From: a virus
Taxonomy: Duplodnaviria; Caudoviricetes
IMG/VR virus record: IMGVR_UViG_3300013901_000005
Location: 64,001-128,000 of that record
Length of the DNA: 64,000 nucleotides
Reading direction: 5' to 3' (one strand)
Positions within the stretch are counted from its first letter, which is position 1. Each line of letters starts with the position of its first letter. This document shows positions 59,178 to 64,000 of this stretch, piece after piece. Under the pieces are notes generated by a model. It was not told where the DNA came from. It saw only the letters and a program-made list of their open reading frames with translations, and did no database searches. The position numbers and the translations under genes were made by a program.

Positions 59178-59219
59178 TATAATATGATAAATATGACTAA
59201 TTCCGTATCTATCATCTAT

Positions 59220-61592
59220 TCAGAATCTGAATTGTATTTTCTGTACCGGTTTATCGTATGCCCTAGGATCATTTCCATTTAGAACATCCCGTAAACCTCC
59301 CTCATCTATTTTTATTACATTTTCAGTGACCTGTGAGTTTGCAGCCCACTTTTCCTCTACAGTATTTCTGATAACCAAAACAAATATCTCTGCCTGTTTA
59401 TCACCTTCCTTTCTTATCGCCCTTCCTATTCTCTGGGTTCTGCGAATCTTGCTTGAATCAATACCAAGCATTATCGCTACTCCCAAACCTGGTATATCGA
59501 GTCCCTCATCGGCTTTACGAATTGTACTCAAAACATTGAATTTTCCATTTCTAAAATCATCCATTATCTGTTTTCCGTGTTTTCCAGTATCTCTACCAGA
59601 ATATACAGAACCAATGCCGATTTTCTCCGCCATTTTGATATTATTACTGAAAGTGATAATTTTCTTTCCACCTCTAGCTTTTATAATATCCCTGGCGATT
59701 TCGATTTTCTTTGGATGATTATTAATAAAAGTCTTTCTTTCCTGAATCGTTTTCATAAAAGCCATTGCATAAGAAGTGATATCCTTAAATTTCTCATATA
59801 CCTTCTTTTTCCTTAATTCTGGATTTTTCTCCAGAACCATTTTTTCTGCAAGATTTCTGCGAAATTTATATCCATTCTTACCTAGACACTTCATTGCCAG
59901 ATTGAAATCAAAATTGAAAAAACTGAAAAAATGAACAAACCTTTTATTCATCTCCCTGTATTTCTCAATATCAGGAACATCAATCATTACCTGATATTCC
60001 TTATATGGACTTACCCAACCATTGATTAAAGCCTCTGTAAGCGTAATTCTATCAATAACTGGACAATGCTCCATCACAATACTTTCAAGGCCGTCAAGAC
60101 GCTCTAAAGTAGCTGTAAGACACATTACATATTTATATTGTATTGTATCAAACGTAGCTCTGAAAGTAGAACTTGGAACTCTTTGTACTTCGTCTATAAT
60201 TAATATATCGCATTTATAATTATGCTTAATTACTGTATTAATTACAAGAACATTACAGTTGAGACCATATCCGAGTTTATCAAGTATTTCTGTCCACTGA
60301 TCTTTCAATACAGTCGTAGGAACGACTATAATAAATTTAGAAGTTGGATATTTGTTTAGTATTTTCCCAATCATATTTGTTGCTATACGGGTTTTCAGTT
60401 GTGTTATCGTTCAACTTTTTATTTGAACTTCTTACTATCACTAGTAAGCTCCGCATATATTTTTACCCACTTATTTCAGTTGGGGTATCGGACACTCGTG
60501 GAAATATTATATTCTGATATAGTCAGTTTCAATTTCTATGCTGTACAATATTATATAATATTATTTATATAATTATCTCGGTATTATCTGATAAAAGATT
60601 TTTACCGATATTGTCCGATTGTAATAAAATCCATTCCTGGATTAAACGGCTTCCATTTTTAAAAAATGTAAATAATTTAAATTTTCTATTTAAATAAATC
60701 ATACTTTTATCATATAAATAATTAATTAATTTGATTCCATTTTCTTTATTATATTCTAATATCCATGTATTGTTAGAATGTCTCTTGTCATGGCGAAATT
60801 TTCCTTTTATTTTAGAATATTTAATTATTGCATTTAAAAAATTTTTTGTTCCAATAAACTCGCAAGCTGGTGATATTATTTTTATATATTTATGATATGT
60901 TAAACATCCATCTCCGTCAAAATATCCTCTTATAAAATGTCTTATTAAATCTTTTGATTTAAATATTTTAATATCTGGAAATTTTAATGTCAAAGATTTT
61001 CTAGGAGTACAACCATATTCATTTAATACATTCCATAAATGTTTGTTTGTTAAACATATACGACACCTTTTGAATTGCTTATTATTAACTTTGCAATCAC
61101 TAATTTTTAAATTAGTATTTTCGTTTTCTATAAATTTATTAAATTTTATTAAATGTTCATAATCTAAAATTTGTAAAGAGATTTCAAAGGTATATAATGA
61201 TTTTTTGTTATTGTCAAGCGGAGAGTAACTTATATATCCATCTGCAAATATAAATCCTAACCAATATGCTTTTTCTTCTGTATCTATACAATCAAAAATA
61301 TGATTATTAAATTTAACTCTATTATGATTGTTAATAATTTTAACATTTAATTTTTTAAACCATTCTGTTAAAGTATATCTTGAAATTCCCTCTCTTTTCG
61401 CCATTTTAGTTAATGAAATATCAGTATTTATATATTCATATGATAATTTTTTAAAATACTATAATTTATTTTCCATATATTTAATTATTTTTTTTTGAAA
61501 CCCAGCCCCGTAGGTGCAATGACCGTTCCGATACCTTTATTATCAAACCATTTCTGTAGAGCTATATTCTGTCTCTCATCACGAGAAATCAT
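59220..61592 (-). CDS. Superfamily 2 helicase, spliced (exons 61592-61500 and 60395-59220; 422 aa)
   Basis: Splicing restores APTGLG|KTR; IIDEVQ, LTAT, EGLDIP, QRIGRAIR. Confidence 0.88.
60396..61499 (-). mobile_element. Group I intron in the SF2 helicase gene
   Basis: P1 GGUUUC/GAAGCC enclosing the ORF; P7 GCATA/TATGC; ends ACACAACTG. Confidence 0.87.
60565..61476 (-). CDS. Intron-encoded LAGLIDADG homing endonuclease, 303 aa (2 in-frame TAG=Gln)
   Basis: YWLGFIFADG, FIRGYFDGDG. ATG 61476 MENKL(TAG)YFKKLS(TAG)EY is in frame with the track ORF. Confidence 0.85.
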
Positions 61593-61593
61593 T

Positions 61594-62472
61594 TTAGGCC
61601 TCTGGATTTACCAAATTGATGCCTCTTTTTTCTGCTACAAGTTCAATTCGTCGGATTTGCTCTTTCCATTGGCTGATATGATAATTAACCTCTTCCTCGA
61701 GTTTAAAAAGTGCTTTATTTCTAAGTACTGTAAGCTGATTGGTGGTTAAATCATTATATCGTGCCGTTTTAAGGTTAAGCATTGCCCGAAGTTCATCATA
61801 ACTCAGTCCGGATGGCTTTATTGTAAGCTGTACTTTTGGATTTATTCCTAGTTTTTCTTTAAGAACTTCTGGCTTTTTACGAAGTTTTCCATCTGGACCT
61901 GTTACATTAAGCTCGTTCAGTTCCTGTGGTGTAAGGCATACTCCCAGGTTAAGTATAAAACTGAAAGTAATATGCTTATTCTGGAAAATTCCCAATTGTG
62001 AAAGGCAACCATCAATAACATCTGCTATTGATATTCTCTCAAACTCCCTTGGAAGTCCTCCTGTTATCATTGATATTGGAAGCTCTGCCAGTTTTTCTGT
62101 CGGGAACTGATCCTTTGACTTATTCATAAGTGCCCTGATATCCTGAAGATACAAATATCTAGGATATGGCTTTCCATCCGCTACGATTGCACCTGTTTCT
62201 AGTTTACGAAGGAAAAGTTCAACATTGCATTTCCTGCGTTGTTCATCTATAATCCCTAAAAGTGTATATCTACCGGGATTATCCTTATCGGTATTATAAA
62301 GCATTGAAAAACAATGATTATAAAATTTCTGTAAATCTTCTGGTGTAGCATCCATCAATGCAATGGATTCCTGGCTTCTGTCTTCTTTTCTAGGGAATTT
62401 CCATACAAAAGATTTAACATCATTATTTTTTGTCTCTATAGCTGCGATAAGTTTCTCTTTCATTGTTTGCAT
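61594..62472 (-). CDS. Hypothetical protein
   Basis: 292-aa ORF. Confidence 0.75.
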   Translation of the reverse strand: MQTMKEKLIAAIETKNNDVKSFVWKFPRKEDRSQESIALMDATPEDLQKFYNHCFSMLYNTDKDNPGRYTLLGIIDEQRRKCNVELFLRKLETGAIVADGKPYPRYLYLQDIRALMNKSKDQFPTEKLAELPISMITGGLPREFERISIADVIDGCLSQLGIFQNKHITFSFILNLGVCLTPQELNELNVTGPDGKLRKKPEVLKEKLGINPKVQLTIKPSGLSYDELRAMLNLKTARYNDLTTNQLTVLRNKALFKLEEEVNYHISQWKEQIRRIELVAEKRGINLVNPEA

Positions 62473-62494
62473 AGTATATATTTCTAAAATATAT

Positions 62495-62806
62495 TTAAAC
62501 TATATATCTATTTTCTTCTAATTTCTCATCTTCTTGTTGCTCTATAAATCTAATAAACTGAATCATATTATAACGATACGGAATTTGATTGGCTCCGTCA
62601 AACCAAGTATCCTTTCCTGCCTCGATCTCAACAAACTCTAAATATCCTGTTTCCCCAATCTCGATTTCCCTGTGGTTCCAATTTGGGAATTTGGTACACA
62701 TAACATATGGAGTCTGTTTTATCACTTCCTTATCAAGACATTTGAATACATAAATCATATATCCGTTATCATCCCTTTTTGCTACTAGTTTTGACAATAT
62801 AGTCAT
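62495..62806 (-). CDS. Hypothetical protein
   Basis: 103-aa ORF. Confidence 0.7.
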   Translation of the reverse strand: MTILSKLVAKRDDNGYMIYVFKCLDKEVIKQTPYVMCTKFPNWNHREIEIGETGYLEFVEIEAGKDTWFDGANQIPYRYNMIQFIRFIEQQEDEKLEENRYIV

Positions 62807-62862
62807 TTAAGAATGATCACGGAATAACTATTAATACATTCTAGATCTTTGAATTTCAACAT

Positions 62863-63243
62863 TTATTTAAACAATATAGCCAAAATAAAAGCCAATCCTA
62901 TGGACAGTGATGATATGCCGAAAACGTTTTTCTGTTTCTTTATTTTTTTTCTCAGATCATTATTTTCCTTTTCAATAATATTGAGAAAATCCGTTTTTAT
63001 AGAATCCGTTTTTGTATTCAGACTGTCGAGCACTCTATAATTATCTATCTGTCTCTTTAAAAGGTCATTTTCCTTTAAAAGTTTACTGTGCTCAATAAAA
63101 ATTAAGTTGGCGGTCTTTAATTGCTTATCTGTTATGACTATTCTTGTTGTATCTAATACTGTCGTACTTTTTTGTATAATCTGAGAAGAACAAAAAGTTG
63201 TCGTTATTACTAGCATTGACAATAGAATCGCGAATCTTTTCAT
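62863..63243 (-). CDS. Membrane/secreted coiled-coil protein (possible spanin-like)
   Basis: Signal peptide, coiled coil, C-terminal TM helix; overlaps the upstream gene by 119 nt. Confidence 0.55.
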   Translation of the reverse strand: MKRFAILLSMLVITTTFCSSQIIQKSTTVLDTTRIVITDKQLKTANLIFIEHSKLLKENDLLKRQIDNYRVLDSLNTKTDSIKTDFLNIIEKENNDLRKKIKKQKNVFGISSLSIGLAFILAILFK

Positions 63244-63457
63244 ATATATAATTATTTTTAATTATTTCCTTATTATTATTATCGATATCCTTTATTATCT
63301 CGTATCTTTTTAAATTAATACGATATAATACTGTATCCTGTTTAGCACATGGATGCCCATCATGCTTATCAATATAATAAATTCCTACGAATATATTTAC
63401 TGTCAGAAGAATAATAACAATTGCAATTATAATACTCCTTAGATTAAATTTCATCAA
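63125..63457 (-). CDS. N-terminal TM anchor protein (possible spanin-like)
   Basis: IIIAIVIILLTVNIFVGIYYI TM followed by a helical domain. Confidence 0.55.
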   Translation of the reverse strand: MMKFNLRSIIIAIVIILLTVNIFVGIYYIDKHDGHPCAKQDTVLYRINLKRYEIIKDIDNNNKEIIKNNYIYEKIRDSIVNASNNDNFLFFSDYTKKYDSIRYNKNSHNR

Positions 63458-63684
63458 AGAACAACCTCTGTCTCAAATTCAAATTTATTTAATCTTGAAA
63501 TTTTAACATTATTTGCCAGAAACTCTATAACTTTTCCGAGTTCCGTAATATTATTAATACTGAACGATCCTTCCTGTATATGATCGGGATTATCCTGTGT
63601 TATAAAACTAGCCTTTACCAATAATTTAGTACTGACTTTAGGCTCTTTATTGACTTTCGTTACGTCTTTCTTTTCCTCTGCCAT
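63454..63684 (-). CDS. Hypothetical protein
   Basis: 76-aa ORF. Confidence 0.65.
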   Translation of the reverse strand: MAEEKKDVTKVNKEPKVSTKLLVKASFITQDNPDHIQEGSFSINNITELGKVIEFLANNVKISRLNKFEFETEVVL

Positions 63685-64000
63685 AATTAATTAAAATAAA
63701 AAGGTAATTCATCTGGCCCATATGTACGGCCATTAAAATAATATCTCAATACAGTATTCTGATTATTCCCCTTCTTCGATGTAAAATGGAAAAACCGAAG
63801 TATCTGTGGTATTTCGTGCTGATAGCATTTCTTTGAATAAGTAGTATTCTTAAAATGCGTATTTTTCTTCAGCCATACTATCAGATTGCCATAAACCGGT
63901 ATATTTCTTGGCTTTGGTATTGAGAAATGCCTCTTCTGCTTATGCCGGCATCTTAACTTTCTTAATTGTCGGTTCTCGCCATTAGACCGTTTCCCATACT

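Noticed and set aside
28369-63040. Plus-strand ORFs of the track in the replication module (e.g. 38805-39125, 41317-41691, 59326-59718)
   Set aside because: Antisense to well-supported genes; no motifs.
63690-64000. Possible partial gene at the right edge
   Set aside because: No frame is convincingly coding through to the next gene; cannot be resolved without the upstream sequence.
1-64000. Suppressor tRNA, other tRNAs, rRNA, CRISPR arrays, integrase
   Set aside because: No cloverleaf/T-loop pattern, repeat-spacer array or recombinase motif recognised by eye; a tRNAscan-SE run is needed to be certain.

Overview
About 64 kb of a crAss-like (Crassvirales) Bacteroidota phage genome, with two convergent modules separated by a bidirectional terminator at ~26.9 kb. 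(1) Plus strand, 1-26858: the late virion-cargo operon. TAG is reassigned to Gln (code 15), so the short fragments in the ORF track join into six long genes: a partial gene, a 619-aa protein, a 3087-aa protein with an SF1 helicase domain, the 3204-aa virion RNA polymerase (DFDID motif), a 352-aa zincin protease and a 1595-aa protein with a PD-(D/E)xK nuclease domain. Frame continuity was spot-checked, not read codon by codon. (2) Minus strand, 26911-64000: replication and nucleotide-metabolism genes (PolA, primase, DnaB, SF2 helicase, AAA ATPase, SSB, NrdD/NrdG, ThyX, dUTPase, an RpoD-like sigma factor) that essentially avoid TAG. This module carries six group I introns, one mini-intein and several homing endonucleases. 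Most notable observations: (a) paired terminal cysteines at all three junctions between the four last cargo proteins, suggesting a head-to-tail linked ejection chain; (b) a CTG-TAA-CTG stop-hop with a perfect 12-bp hairpin inside the DxH motif of a phosphoesterase, next to a free-standing LAGLIDADG gene, resembling the T4 gene 60/mobA bypass cassette; (c) a group I intron in dnaB carrying a RepL-like gene plus 21-bp iteron-like repeats instead of a nuclease; (d) amber codons in the early region confined to homing endonucleases and codon 6 of the Holliday junction resolvase, suggesting a genetic-code timer. No tRNA, rRNA or CRISPR array was recognised.
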